From assembly GCA_002396505.1 (NCBI GenBank), contig DGYA01000124.1, positions 3,814 to 67,813 on the forward strand: a DNA stretch of 64,000 nucleotides, read 5' to 3'. Both the position numbers and the translations under genes were made by a program. Positions 54,558-64,000 of this stretch are shown piece by piece. Source of the stretch: Cyanobacteria bacterium UBA5018. GTDB lineage: Bacteria; Cyanobacteriota; Cyanobacteriia; PCC-6307; Cyanobiaceae. The notes below the pieces were generated by a model that had not been told where the DNA came from, ran no database searches, and saw only the letters and a list, made by a program, of their open reading frames with translations. Each line of letters opens with the position of its first letter. Position 1 is the first letter of the stretch.

Positions 54558-56306
54558 GTGCTCCGCCTCGAACGTATCGGCAAGATCTATCCCACCGGAG
54601 AGGTGCTGCGCGACGTCACCTGGGAGGTAAAACCAGGGGATCGCGTCGGTTTGGTGGGCGTCAACGGTGCCGGCAAATCCACCCAGCTGCGCCTGATTGC
54701 CGGCTTGGAGGAGCCCAGCAGTGGCCAGGTGGTGACCCAGGGGAACCCCCGCATCGCCTACCTGCAACAGGAGTTTGATGTCGACCCCAGCCGCAGCGTC
54801 CGCCAGGAACTGTTTCAAGCCTTTGGCGAGGCGGCGCTGGTGCTAAATCGCCAACGAGAGGTGGAGGCGGAACTGGGGGGCGAAAAGGCCGCCAACGACC
54901 CGGAACATCTGGAGGTTCTGATCCACGAACTTGGGGGCCTGCATGAGCGCTTCGAGGCTCTGCATGGCTACGAGCTCGATGCCCGGATCGACAAACTACT
55001 GCCCAGCATTGGCTTCAGCGTGGAGGGGGCCGAACAACTGGTGGCCGACTATTCCGGCGGCTGGCAGATGCGCATCGCCCTTGGCAAAATTCTGCTGCAA
55101 GATCCGGATTTACTACTACTGGACGAGCCCACCAACCACCTGGATCTCGAAACAATTCAATGGTTAGAAAATTACTTGGTTGATCAGACTGCCGCCCTGG
55201 TGGTAATCAGCCATGACCGCACCTTTTTAGACAGGGTCTGCACCCAGATAGTCGAAACAGAGCGGGGCATCTCCCGCACCTATTTAGGAAATTATAGCCA
55301 ACACCTGGAGCAAAAACTGCTGGAACGCGAGGCCAGCCAGGCCGCCTTTGATCGCCAGCAGAAGGAATTATCTTCCCAACAGGCCTATATCGATCGCTTC
55401 CGGGCCAGCGCCACCCGATCCACCCAGGCCAAGAGCAGGGAGAAGCTGCTGGAGAAGGTGGAGCGGATCGAGGCGCCCATTGAGAGCCTTACGGGGCCAA
55501 AATTCCGCTTCCCAGAAGCGCCACGCTCCGGCCGCATCGTGGCTGAAATTGGCGATCTCAGCCATACCTATGGCGAAAAGATTCTATTTCTAGGCGCCAA
55601 ACTAGAGGTGGAGCGAGGCGAAAGGATTGCCTTTGTTGGCCCAAATGGAGCCGGTAAATCCACCCTATTACGTCTGATCATGGGGATGGAAAAACCCGAT
55701 GATGGCCATGCCAGGATCGGCGAGCACAACGTGGTGGCTGGCTACTTTGAGCAGAACCAAGCCGAAGCCCTAGATCTAGAAAAAACCGTTATCGACACAA
55801 TATTTGAAACCGTTCCCGACTGGACCCAAACTCAGGTGCGCTCCCTGTTGGGCAGCTTCTGCTTCTCCAACGACAGCGTGTTTAAACAGGCGGGCAAACT
55901 CTCCGGGGGAGAGAAGGCCCGACTCGCCCTGGCTTTGATGCTGCTACGACCCTGCAACCTGCTGCTGCTGGATGAGCCCACCAACCACCTGGACATACCG
56001 GCCAAGCAGATGTTGGAAGATGCCTTGATCGAATACGAGGGTGCCGCGCTACTGGTAAGCCACGACCGCACCTTCATCGCCCGGGTAGCCAACCGCATCG
56101 TGGAACTGCGCGATGGCGAACTGGTGCTATATCGAGGCGACTACGCCTACTACCTGGCCAAGAAGCAGGAGGAAGCCGACCAGTCCCTGGCCGCGGCTAC
56201 ACATGCTGCCCGGCAGCAGAAGCAGGCCAGTACCAAGGCCAAAAACAACGAAAAGCTGGCTCAGAAACGCCAGGCCAAGGCCGAAGCTCGCCAAGCCAAG
56301 GCCTAA
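54558..56306 (+). CDS. ABC-F family ATPase (translation-associated)
   Basis: It has two ABC cassettes (GVNGAGKST / LSGGWQMR / LLLLDEPTNHLD, and GPNGAGKST / LSGGEKARL / LLLLDEPTNHLD) and no TM domain. The tail is Lys/Ala-rich. Confidence 0.9.
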   Translation: MLRLERIGKIYPTGEVLRDVTWEVKPGDRVGLVGVNGAGKSTQLRLIAGLEEPSSGQVVTQGNPRIAYLQQEFDVDPSRSVRQELFQAFGEAALVLNRQREVEAELGGEKAANDPEHLEVLIHELGGLHERFEALHGYELDARIDKLLPSIGFSVEGAEQLVADYSGGWQMRIALGKILLQDPDLLLLDEPTNHLDLETIQWLENYLVDQTAALVVISHDRTFLDRVCTQIVETERGISRTYLGNYSQHLEQKLLEREASQAAFDRQQKELSSQQAYIDRFRASATRSTQAKSREKLLEKVERIEAPIESLTGPKFRFPEAPRSGRIVAEIGDLSHTYGEKILFLGAKLEVERGERIAFVGPNGAGKSTLLRLIMGMEKPDDGHARIGEHNVVAGYFEQNQAEALDLEKTVIDTIFETVPDWTQTQVRSLLGSFCFSNDSVFKQAGKLSGGEKARLALALMLLRPCNLLLLDEPTNHLDIPAKQMLEDALIEYEGAALLVSHDRTFIARVANRIVELRDGELVLYRGDYAYYLAKKQEEADQSLAAATHAARQQKQASTKAKNNEKLAQKRQAKAEARQAKA

Positions 56307-56308
56307 AC

Positions 56309-56363
56309 CCAAGCAGTTCTGATCCAAGCAGCGCTGATCCAAGCAGCGCTGATCCAAGCAGGG
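56309..56363. repeat. 15-nt tandem array x3+ (CTGATCCAAGCAGCG)
   Basis: Units start at 56319, 56334 and 56349. The array begins 3 nt after the ABC-F stop. Confidence 0.8.
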
Positions 56364-56695
56364 CAGTTGCCCCCAAGCCAGAACCGAACTTTCCGCTAGC
56401 CAAGGCCGGGGTAGCGCTGCCACCCAGCTGCTGCCAGCACCCGATCCAGCTGCCTCCGTCCAGCTCAGGTCCCGGCCCCCTCCACTTACTGAGGCCCCCC
56501 AGATCAGGCCAACCAACCAGGTGGCGCCAGCCCATCTCAGCCTGGAAAGTTGACGCCGCAAACCGGCTGGGCTCCAGCCCCTGCCACACAACTTCATGGT
56601 GGCCTAGGCATACCCACTCATTTTTGAGACCAAAGTGAAACAAACGGCCTCAGTGTGCATAGGCTGACATCACCATCCCCTGACGGAGCTCGGTC

Positions 56696-56932
56696 ATGTC
56701 AAGCGGCTTCCAACCGTTCAGCACCCCTTTCAACAGCGGTTCATTCCATGGCGGCGGCTTCAGCGGCGACTCCCTCGCCGGCGGCAGTGGCCTCAGCGAG
56801 GCTGGCACTGGCCACCAGCGCCACTCCACCAGTGACGCGATCGAAACCTATTTCAGCTGCATCACCACCTGCTCCCTCGAGGATGGGGAATGCGTGACAC
56901 GCTGCGTCGAAGAGCTGCGCGAACAGGCCTGA
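56696..56932 (+). CDS. Small protein with Gly/Ser-rich N-terminus and twin CX3C C-terminal motif
   Basis: The product is MSSGFQPFSTPFNSGSFHGGGFSGDSLAGGSGLSEAG...AIETYFSCITTCSLEDGECVTRCVEELREQA. Confidence 0.5.
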   Translation: MSSGFQPFSTPFNSGSFHGGGFSGDSLAGGSGLSEAGTGHQRHSTSDAIETYFSCITTCSLEDGECVTRCVEELREQA

Positions 56933-57062
56933 AGCCAACCGGCAGGGCCGCCCAAGCCACGAAACCAACACGAAATCAGGGCAAGCGTTGCAACCGCTAC
57001 GCAAGCCCTTGAAACAGTTTGTAGCATTGGGACTGATCAAAGCCCCATCGCGAAGTTCAGTC

Positions 57063-57290
57063 ATGTCCGAACCGCTAGCCCTCAGTCTCGGCCAAAAATT
57101 TGAGCTCGAGCGCATGAGCCGCGCCATCGATGCCACGGCCGACCTGCAAACCCTGCAGGGAATCGCCAAGCAACTGCTGCAGGCCTGGCATAGCCAGAAA
57201 GCCGCAACCCAGTGGGTGATGCGCCAGCAACTTGAGGCTCCATCACGCTTAGGATCTGGATTCGGCCAACAGTTTCCCAGCGAAGCCTGA
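57063..57290 (+). CDS. NblA-like phycobilisome degradation protein (tentative)
   Basis: MSEPLALSLGQKFELERMSRAIDATADLQTLQGIAKQLLQAWHSQKAATQWVMRQ fits the LSxEQxFxL...RQ helix-loop-helix pattern of NblA. The size is about 75 aa. Confidence 0.45.
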   Translation: MSEPLALSLGQKFELERMSRAIDATADLQTLQGIAKQLLQAWHSQKAATQWVMRQQLEAPSRLGSGFGQQFPSEA

Positions 57291-58082
57291 TCCAGCATCG
57301 GACAAGTGCACCTCTGTCTGGCAATTCAGCCACCTGTTTAGTCTCACACAAATCCGACATCAGTCCATATCACCAATACAGCAGCCAAGCAGGCAAGTTC
57401 AAAACATTAGAATCCCTGTCAGCTCCACGAGCTCACTGGGCAAAGATGGAACAGTCAGCTAAGTTGCTGTTATTGATAAAATCGAATTAACCGCGCCAAA
57501 ACAGATCAGTTCCTGTTTCAAAACTTAACCAAAATTAATCCAACCAATTACAACGACCACCGCGAATCGAATCGCAACAAATCATTTCACCACGTCGCGA
57601 CAGCGCAACCCGCTCCAGCCAAATTCACCGGCAATAAAACACATTTTTTTACAGCCAGAATGGGCACCAGGCTGTAAAATGTCAAGCAAAGCTTAAAGGT
57701 TGCATGCAAAAAACGCAATCCCTTCAATCACTCAGAAGTTTGCACCAAAGATATTTCGAGCTGGTTTAAATTAGGGCAAGTAATGATAAGCTGCATGTAA
57801 GGAGACGCAAGTAGATGCTTTAGTTAGGCGCTCGGAGAAGCTTCAAGATTGTGAAAGTTCAAAGACTGCGGCAATTCCAAGCCCGAGCAAGCTCTAAGAA
57901 AGCTCTGAAAATCCGAGCCACGGCCCATGGAACCCGTAGGCCGCAATGGCTCTTCGGCTGGCTGGGGCGACAAAATTGCCCCTGCTCAGAGTATCAATAA
58001 GATTACACCAATTCAAAGCTTGTGCAAATTCCACGATTGTGCATGTTGCAAGTTTGCGGAATTTCTAGGCTTTTGCCAGCAT

Positions 58083-59267
58083 TTAACCGCCCATTTGGGC
58101 TGGGGTAACCTCCAATTGCAGCCTGCGTTTATCCCTTTCCACAGTAAGCAGCAGCGGACGGCCCACCCCGACGCGCTCCACGGCAGTGATTAAATCTGCG
58201 GGGCTTTGCACCAACTGCCCGGCCGCGGAGACCACCACATCTCCCTGCCGCATCCCTGCCCTGGCGGCTGGACCGCTCTGGACGACAGAAACCACCCTTG
58301 CGCCAGCTCCAGCAGCTCCGCCGTCGGTCGCCCGCACGGCATCGAGAGCCAGGCCGATGAAGGGATGACTGACCCGGCCAGAGGCGATCAATTGGGCTGA
58401 TATCTCCCGCGCCCGGTTGATCGGGATGGCAAAGCCAAGGCCAGCTCCAGGCCCCGATCGCACCAGGGTATTGATGCCCACCACCTCGCCATCGGCATTG
58501 AGCAGAGGTCCGCCAGAATTTCCAGGGTTGATTGCGGCATCCGTCTGGATTAAATCCAGGCGCTTATCCATTATCCCCAGCTTGCTGGCATTGCGATTGA
58601 GGCTACTAATTATTCCTAGCGTCACGGTGTTATCAAGGCCGTAGGGATTACCCACGGCAATTGCCCAATCGCCCACGTGCAAGGTGTCGGAATTGCCCAA
58701 AACAGCCACGGGCCAGGGGCCCGCTCCCACCAGCCTCACCAGGGCCAAATCGGTGATCCGGTCGATGCCAACCACCCGAGCGGCCACCCGCCGGCCATCG
58801 GGCAAGCCCACCGTGACCCGCTCGCTCTTATCCACCACATGGGCGTTGGTAAGGATCAGGCCATCGGCCTGAAAAATCACGCCACTGCCCTGACCTCGCT
58901 CCGTGCGTTGGGAGGGGGGGGCCACTTGGGGCAGTGCAAAGAATTGACGGAACAGGGGGTCCGCCAGCAGGGCCCGGGGCAGAGATCCCACGGCAGCTCC
59001 CGGCACCATCACCTTGCGCTCTGTATCGATGGTGACCACCGCAGGCCCGGCGCGACGAACCGCGATGGCCACAAACGACTGGCTGGAGAGGACACCCGCC
59101 TTGGCCGACTGGGCCCGCGCAGGGGGAATGCTGCTCAGCAGTACCGCCCCGCCAACCAGGGGGCCAGCTGCGGCGGCGAGGCTGCCGATCAAACCAGCGG
59201 CAAGCACCGCCCTGGGGAGCCGCAGCCGGGCAAAGAACCCAGACAGGACAGGGGCAGCGGTCACCAT
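58083..59267 (-). CDS. HtrA/DegP-family serine protease with PDZ domain
   Basis: The catalytic triad context is NAHVV, D...L and GNSGGPLLN. The C-terminal PDZ reads [24 protein letters not shown]. Confidence 0.9.
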   Translation of the reverse strand: MVTAAPVLSGFFARLRLPRAVLAAGLIGSLAAAAGPLVGGAVLLSSIPPARAQSAKAGVLSSQSFVAIAVRRAGPAVVTIDTERKVMVPGAAVGSLPRALLADPLFRQFFALPQVAPPSQRTERGQGSGVIFQADGLILTNAHVVDKSERVTVGLPDGRRVAARVVGIDRITDLALVRLVGAGPWPVAVLGNSDTLHVGDWAIAVGNPYGLDNTVTLGIISSLNRNASKLGIMDKRLDLIQTDAAINPGNSGGPLLNADGEVVGINTLVRSGPGAGLGFAIPINRAREISAQLIASGRVSHPFIGLALDAVRATDGGAAGAGARVVSVVQSGPAARAGMRQGDVVVSAAGQLVQSPADLITAVERVGVGRPLLLTVERDKRRLQLEVTPAQMGG

Positions 59268-59377
59268 GACACCGAATCCCTGGAAAGCAGTCTTTAAACC
59301 GTAGTCAGGCCCAGGCGCTCGGAGCGGCCATTCGCCCTGGGAACGACCCTAAGCTGGATAAAGTTTTCTTACAAGAG

Positions 59378-59545
59378 ATGGACACCAGTCGCCTGCTGCT
59401 GGCTTTTCTCACCTTTGGCGCAGCCTGTACCACTCTCTGGGCCTGGCTGTTGGCTAGCGCCGCAGATCAACCGCAAAGCTCTTCAGCGGTGCAGCAGCGT
59501 GCCCCCCTGACTTCGCCGCCAAGGCCCGAGCGGAGCAGGTCATGA
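59378..59545 (+). CDS. Hypothetical 55-aa membrane protein (below the ORF-track cutoff)
   Basis: Manual translation gives MDTSRLLLAFLTFGAACTTLWAWLLASAADQPQSSSAVQQRAPLTSPPRPERSRS*. Confidence 0.3.
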   Translation: MDTSRLLLAFLTFGAACTTLWAWLLASAADQPQSSSAVQQRAPLTSPPRPERSRS

Positions 59546-59555
59546 TGGTTCGACC

Positions 59556-59861
59556 ATGGGCAGTGGCCAGAATCCACTGCCCGGCGGCCTGGTCATGAAC
59601 GCCCTGCTCTCCCAGATCTTTCCGCTGATCTACGGGCTGTGCTTTTTATTGCTGCTCTGGCAGGCCTTTCAGGTGATGCGCCGCGGCTTCTCGGCCGTCC
59701 CCAGGCCCGGAGATGTGATCGCTGGGGACCGCACCGGACGCCCCACCATTCACCCCGAACTGCTCGATGCCGAAGGTCGCATCACCAAGGAAAACCTGCT
59801 CACGGTGCGCTTCAGCGACCAAGCCAACGACCAGCAGGCTCAGGAGCCGCCCGCTGAATAG
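59556..59861 (+). CDS. Conserved-looking cyanobacterial small membrane protein (possibly DUF2973-like)
   Basis: It has one TM segment (LLSQIFPLIYGLCFLLLLWQAF) followed by ...RPTIHPELLDAEGRITKENLLTV. The start may be MNALL at 59595. Confidence 0.4.
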   Translation: MGSGQNPLPGGLVMNALLSQIFPLIYGLCFLLLLWQAFQVMRRGFSAVPRPGDVIAGDRTGRPTIHPELLDAEGRITKENLLTVRFSDQANDQQAQEPPAE

Positions 59862-59878
59862 GCTCGCTGGTGTGACTC

Positions 59879-60301
59879 GTGAGATTGCAGGTGGAACAAA
59901 GGCCAGAACAGCGTGCGGTCGATCAGCGCACCAGGATTGTGGCCGCGGTCCTGCGCACGCTCAAACTGCCCCCCCGCTTTCGCCTCAAGCTGGTGAAGGA
60001 AGACCCGGTGCGCCTGGAGCTGAGCCTCACCCCCGCCTATGGCAAGGCGCCGATCCTGGTGGGCCTGGTGGAATCCCAGGATCTGGTGGCCCGCCGCGAT
60101 CGGGAGGGCCGCATCCCCCGCGATCTGCCGGGCACCTGGGATTGGACGGTGCGCCACGGCAAGGTGAGCACCGGCGGCTGGAATCCCTTTCTGAAAGAAG
60201 CCCTGCAGACGATTTTTGAAACGGGTCTGCCGGCGATCCTTTACGAAGAGACCACCGGTGAGGATTACCACCCCGTGGACGGCATGCGCCACGTGCGCTG
60301 A
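59879..60301 (+). CDS. Hypothetical protein
   Basis: This 140-aa ORF has coding-like composition. I recognise no family. Confidence 0.45.
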   Translation: MRLQVEQRPEQRAVDQRTRIVAAVLRTLKLPPRFRLKLVKEDPVRLELSLTPAYGKAPILVGLVESQDLVARRDREGRIPRDLPGTWDWTVRHGKVSTGGWNPFLKEALQTIFETGLPAILYEETTGEDYHPVDGMRHVR

Positions 60302-60322
60302 GGTCCCTGAGCTAACGGCCCT

Positions 60323-60373
60323 GCACTGATGCCCCAGCACTGATGCCCCAGCACTGATGCCCCAGCACTGATG
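60323..60373 (+). repeat. 14-nt tandem array x3.6 (GCACTGATGCCCCA) ending in the hrpB ATG
   Basis: Units start at 60323, 60337, 60351 and 60365. Confidence 0.9.
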
Positions 60374-63001
60374 GCTTCCCTGCCGAGACCGCGGCAGCCA
60401 CTGCCCATCGACAGCCTGCTGGCAGCCATCGGCGAGGCCCTGGCTCCGCCAGGAGCCACCCTGGTTTTGCACGCCCCGCCGGGAGCTGGCAAGACCAGCC
60501 GCGTGCCCCTCTGCCTGCTGGAAGGCCTTGAGCCAGGCGGCAAGGATCAAATCTGGATGCTGGAGCCGCGCCGCATCGCCGCCAAATCGGCAGCGATGCG
60601 GCTAGCTGCGGAACTGAACGAACCGGTGGGCCAGCGGGTGGGCTACAGCGTGAGGCTGGAATCGCGCCGCTCCAGCGCCACCCGCATCGAGGTGCTCACC
60701 ACCGGCGTGTTTTTAAGGCGCCTGCAGGCGGACCCAGCGCTGGAGGGGGTGCGCTACCTGCTCTTCGATGAATTCCACGAGCGGGGCGCCGATACCGACC
60801 TGGCCCTGGCCCTGGTGCGCCAGGCCCGCAGTCTGCTAACCCCAGAGCTGCGCATCGCCCTGATGTCGGCCACCCTGGCGGCCGCCCCCCTGGCCGCGGC
60901 GATCGAGGGAGCCCAGGTGCTCAGCAGCCAGGGGCGCAGCCATGCCGTGGCCATCAGCCATCAACCGGCGAGGCCCATGGAGCGGCTGGAGCGGCAGGTG
61001 CTACGGGCCCTGGAGAGCCACTGGCTGGATCAGCGCGGTGCCGCCGGAGACACCGCCCTGGTGTTCCTGCCGGGCCAGCGGGAGATCCAGGCCTGTCTCA
61101 GAACCATTCAAGACACCAGCTGGGGTGGCTCGATCGAATGCACCCCCCTGCATGGAAACCTGCCGCTGGCGGCCCAGGGCCGGGCGATCAGCCCAGCCAC
61201 CAGTCCGGCCGGCAAGGTGGTGCTGGCCACCAACCTGGCCGAGAGTTCGCTGACGATTGCCGGGGTCAACCTGGTGATCGACAGCGGCTTGACTCGCCGC
61301 AGCCGCTTCGATCCGGTCACCGGCATGGCCGCTCTGGTGACCCTGCCCGCCAGCCAGGCCAGCGCCGAGCAGCGGGCCGGCCGGGCCGGACGCCTGGCAG
61401 CTGGTCGCTGCATTCGCCTCTGGAGCCCGGCGGAGCAGCAACGCCGCCCCAGCTTCGATCCACCGGAGCTAACAGAGACCGATCCACTGCCGCTGGCACT
61501 ACAGCTGGCCCAATGGGGGGATCCGCTTGGCGAGCAACTGGATTGGCTCGATCCGCCACCAAAACGGGCCCTGGAGGAAGCCAGGCAGCTGCTGCTGCAG
61601 CTCGATGCCCTTAACGCCGAGGGAACGATCCTGCCCCACGGCCGTCAACTGGCCCAGCTGGGTCTGCACCCACGCCTGGGGCAGCTGCTCCTACTCGCCC
61701 ACGCCCAGGGGCAATTGGAGCTGGGCTGTGAACTGGCCGCCCTGCTGAGCGAGAGAGATCCCCTGGAGAGCGAGCAGCTTGGCTGCGATCTGCTGCTGCG
61801 TCTTGATTGGTTGCGGGGAGGCGGCCCAGACCGCAGGCGCCAGCAATATCAACAAATAAAGGAGCAGCTGCGACGCCAGGTGCTGGCCAGTGCCGGCAGA
61901 TCGGATACGGGCGCCAGGGCGGTCGATGGCGCCAGGACCGACAGAGGGACCGATGCTTCGCCTTACCAGCGGCACCAAAGCGAAGGGCTGCTAGCGGCGC
62001 TGCTGGTCGCCCAGGCCTATCCGGAGCGGTTGGCCCTGAATCGCGACGGCCAGGCCGGTCGCTTTTTGATGCGCAGCGGCCGCGGCGCCAAGCTTCACCC
62101 CAGCGATCCCCTAGCCCACTGCGAAGCCCTGGCGGTGGCCAGCGCCGATGGCCAGGCAGCCTATTGCCAGGCAACGGAAGCCAGGATTCAGCTGGCCCTG
62201 GCCCTGGGGCGCAGCGCTGTGCTGGAGCTGGCGGCAGCGGCAACAATCAGTCGCGAACGGCTGGCCAGCTGGGATAGCGCCGCCGGCCGGGTGCGCCGAG
62301 AAGAGCTGCTGCGGCTCGATGCCCTGGTGCTGGAGCGGCGGGGTTGGAGTGGCCCTGCCCAGCCAGGGGATCAGGAGGCGGTGCAGGCGGCCCTGCTGGC
62401 TGGCCTGCGGGAACGCGGCCTGGCGGTGCTGCCCTGGACGCCGGAACGCCGCCAGCTCCAGGGCCGCCTGCAGCTGGCCCACCGTCAACTGGGAGCCCCC
62501 TGGCCTGCCAGTGACTCCAAGGATTTGTTGCAGACGCTGGACCAGTGGTTGGCTCCCCATCTGGAGGGAATCGGCAGCATCGATGAGTTGCAGCGCCTGG
62601 ATCTAGACGAGGCCCTCTGGCGCCAGGCCCCCTGGGAGCAGCGACGGGAGCTGGATCGGTTGCTGCCGAGCCGGCTGAGCGTGCCCTCCGGCCGCCAAGT
62701 GCCCCTGGACTACGGCGGCGAGCGGCCGGTGCTGGCGGTGAAACTGCAGGAAATGTTCGGCCTGCGGCACACCCCCACCCTGCTGGATGGCCAGTTGGCG
62801 GTGACAGTGCACCTGCTCACCCCCGCTGGTCAACTGGCAGCAATCACCCAAGATCTGGGCGGTTTCTGGGATCACGGCTACGACCAGGTGCGCCGGGAAC
62901 TGCGGGGTCGCTATCCAAAACACCCCTGGCCCGCAGATCCTCGCGAGGCAGTCGCCACAGCCTTCACCAAGGCCCGGCTAGCGCGGCAGGCACAAACGTA
63001 G
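60371..63001 (+). CDS. hrpB: ATP-dependent RNA helicase HrpB
   Basis: Motifs: motif I APPGAGKTSRVP, motif II DEFHER, and SATL, TNLAESSLTI, QRAGRAGR. The C-terminal HrpB domain is present and the size is 876 aa. Confidence 0.9.
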   Translation: MASLPRPRQPLPIDSLLAAIGEALAPPGATLVLHAPPGAGKTSRVPLCLLEGLEPGGKDQIWMLEPRRIAAKSAAMRLAAELNEPVGQRVGYSVRLESRRSSATRIEVLTTGVFLRRLQADPALEGVRYLLFDEFHERGADTDLALALVRQARSLLTPELRIALMSATLAAAPLAAAIEGAQVLSSQGRSHAVAISHQPARPMERLERQVLRALESHWLDQRGAAGDTALVFLPGQREIQACLRTIQDTSWGGSIECTPLHGNLPLAAQGRAISPATSPAGKVVLATNLAESSLTIAGVNLVIDSGLTRRSRFDPVTGMAALVTLPASQASAEQRAGRAGRLAAGRCIRLWSPAEQQRRPSFDPPELTETDPLPLALQLAQWGDPLGEQLDWLDPPPKRALEEARQLLLQLDALNAEGTILPHGRQLAQLGLHPRLGQLLLLAHAQGQLELGCELAALLSERDPLESEQLGCDLLLRLDWLRGGGPDRRRQQYQQIKEQLRRQVLASAGRSDTGARAVDGARTDRGTDASPYQRHQSEGLLAALLVAQAYPERLALNRDGQAGRFLMRSGRGAKLHPSDPLAHCEALAVASADGQAAYCQATEARIQLALALGRSAVLELAAAATISRERLASWDSAAGRVRREELLRLDALVLERRGWSGPAQPGDQEAVQAALLAGLRERGLAVLPWTPERRQLQGRLQLAHRQLGAPWPASDSKDLLQTLDQWLAPHLEGIGSIDELQRLDLDEALWRQAPWEQRRELDRLLPSRLSVPSGRQVPLDYGGERPVLAVKLQEMFGLRHTPTLLDGQLAVTVHLLTPAGQLAAITQDLGGFWDHGYDQVRRELRGRYPKHPWPADPREAVATAFTKARLARQAQT

Positions 63002-63019
63002 AACCAATCCAAAAACCGC

Positions 63020-63886
63020 TCATCGCTGCAGTTCTGCTTGCATGTCGCCGAGCAAATAGCCAAAACCAAAATGAATCAGGCCCTCAACGATCCCCTCGCA
63101 GCCCTGGGCCCTGGCCAGATAAGTGTGGGGCAGCTCTGGTAATTGCAGCTGCAGCGCCGGTTCTGCGTTACCCACCATCACTCCCGCCAAGCCAGTTTCA
63201 AACATGGCCAAATCGTTGAGGCTGTCACCGGCGGTCACCACCCGGTGCCGGTCCAGCTGCAACCAATCCAATAGGGCCAGCAAGGTGGAGCCCTTGTTCA
63301 CTCCGGCCGGCAATACATCAAAATAGCGATCGTCAGAGATCAGGCAGTCAACCCCGTGGGCCTCAATGCGAGCGATCAGGGCCGAATCAAATAATTCTGG
63401 ATCATAGGAAAAGGCCAGACGCCGATCCACGCTGATCGGCTGGGGTGATAACCCAGGCACGTCCACTAGTAGCTGGGCCAGCAATTCCGACTTGCCAGCC
63501 CAAAGGGCCTCAATTGGCTCCATGGCTGGAGGCACCAGCGCCAAACTGACCCCGCAGGCCACCGTGCAGCCCACATCGCCAATCACCAGATGGGGAGCCG
63601 CCAGTCCATGGCTGGCATCCGTCGCCAGCACTCGGGCCACGGATTGCAGGTCGCGACCGGTGCAGAACACATGCAAAACCCGCTGCCGCTCCCTTGCCAG
63701 CCAGGCATAGAAGCGCCGTCGCCAGGCCAGCGAGCCCCCCAGCAGGGTGCCATCGAGATCGGTCACCAACACAAGCTGGGGATCCTGGGGCAGGGGGGCC
63801 CCGAGGTGCTGCTCCAACTGCTGACGAGAGACGGGCGACAGCACAGGGCGAAACCTTGAGAACAACAGATCAAAAGTCAAAGCCAC
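63020..63886 (-). CDS. HAD-IIB family hydrolase (sugar-phosphate phosphatase-like)
   Basis: Motif I is LVTDLDGTLLGG and the late motif is VTAGDSLNDLAMF. Confidence 0.75.
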   Translation of the reverse strand: MALTFDLLFSRFRPVLSPVSRQQLEQHLGAPLPQDPQLVLVTDLDGTLLGGSLAWRRRFYAWLARERQRVLHVFCTGRDLQSVARVLATDASHGLAAPHLVIGDVGCTVACGVSLALVPPAMEPIEALWAGKSELLAQLLVDVPGLSPQPISVDRRLAFSYDPELFDSALIARIEAHGVDCLISDDRYFDVLPAGVNKGSTLLALLDWLQLDRHRVVTAGDSLNDLAMFETGLAGVMVGNAEPALQLQLPELPHTYLARAQGCEGIVEGLIHFGFGYLLGDMQAELQR

Positions 63887-64000
63887 AGCTGGGCCCGGGA
63901 GCCCCTGAAAAACCTAGACAGGCCAGAGAGGAAACTGCTGCACAATGGCTCACGAACATAAAAACGAATTATTTTGCATTCATCTCTGGCAAACACATCC

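Noticed and set aside
57647-57679. Intrinsic terminator at the TTTTACAGCC-N13-GGCTGTAAAA hairpin
   Set aside because: The T-run is part of the 5' arm and the A-run part of the 3' arm, so neither strand has a U-tract following the stem. It is not a canonical terminator.

Overview
This is a 64-kb chromosomal segment from a high-GC picocyanobacterium, probably Cyanobium or Synechococcus-like. The taxonomic call rests on a phycobilisome rod-core linker (cpcG), a CpcS-family bilin lyase, an NblA-like gene, ferredoxin-thioredoxin reductase (ftrC), and many HIP1-type GCGATCGC sites. The backbone is housekeeping: smc, sufR plus ftrC-sufBCDS, pgm, rarA, bcp, coaX, cysH, an NDH-2, hflX, a 1-Cys peroxiredoxin, anmK, an ABC-F ATPase, htrA and hrpB. 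I recognised no rRNA, tRNA, CRISPR array or intact IS/transposase. Unusual content: (i) A tight cassette at 28.2-30.7 kb encodes an orphan binding protein, a secreted Gly-rich-repeat protein and a radical SAM/SPASM enzyme (GRRM-type, chemistry unknown). This is my top candidate for an uncharacterised system. (ii) A lower-GC MFP-RND efflux island (36.3-41.0 kb) abuts a native-composition orphan MFP gene. (iii) A 62-nt element occurs in two near-identical copies, one upstream of the RND island and one upstream of a Gly-rich RTX-like exoprotein gene. Partial copies lie upstream of a third secreted-protein gene and at the edge of an AT-rich islet. (iv) An Rpn/DUF2887-type nuclease gene is flanked by decayed partial copies of itself. 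(v) There is an unusual density of 13-40-nt tandem arrays placed directly after stop codons or in spacers. One of them builds a chain of three overlapping 4-codon uORFs that runs into the hrpB start codon. Start coordinates are best guesses, since GTG/TTG starts are common here. All family assignments come from recognising motifs by eye, not from database searches.
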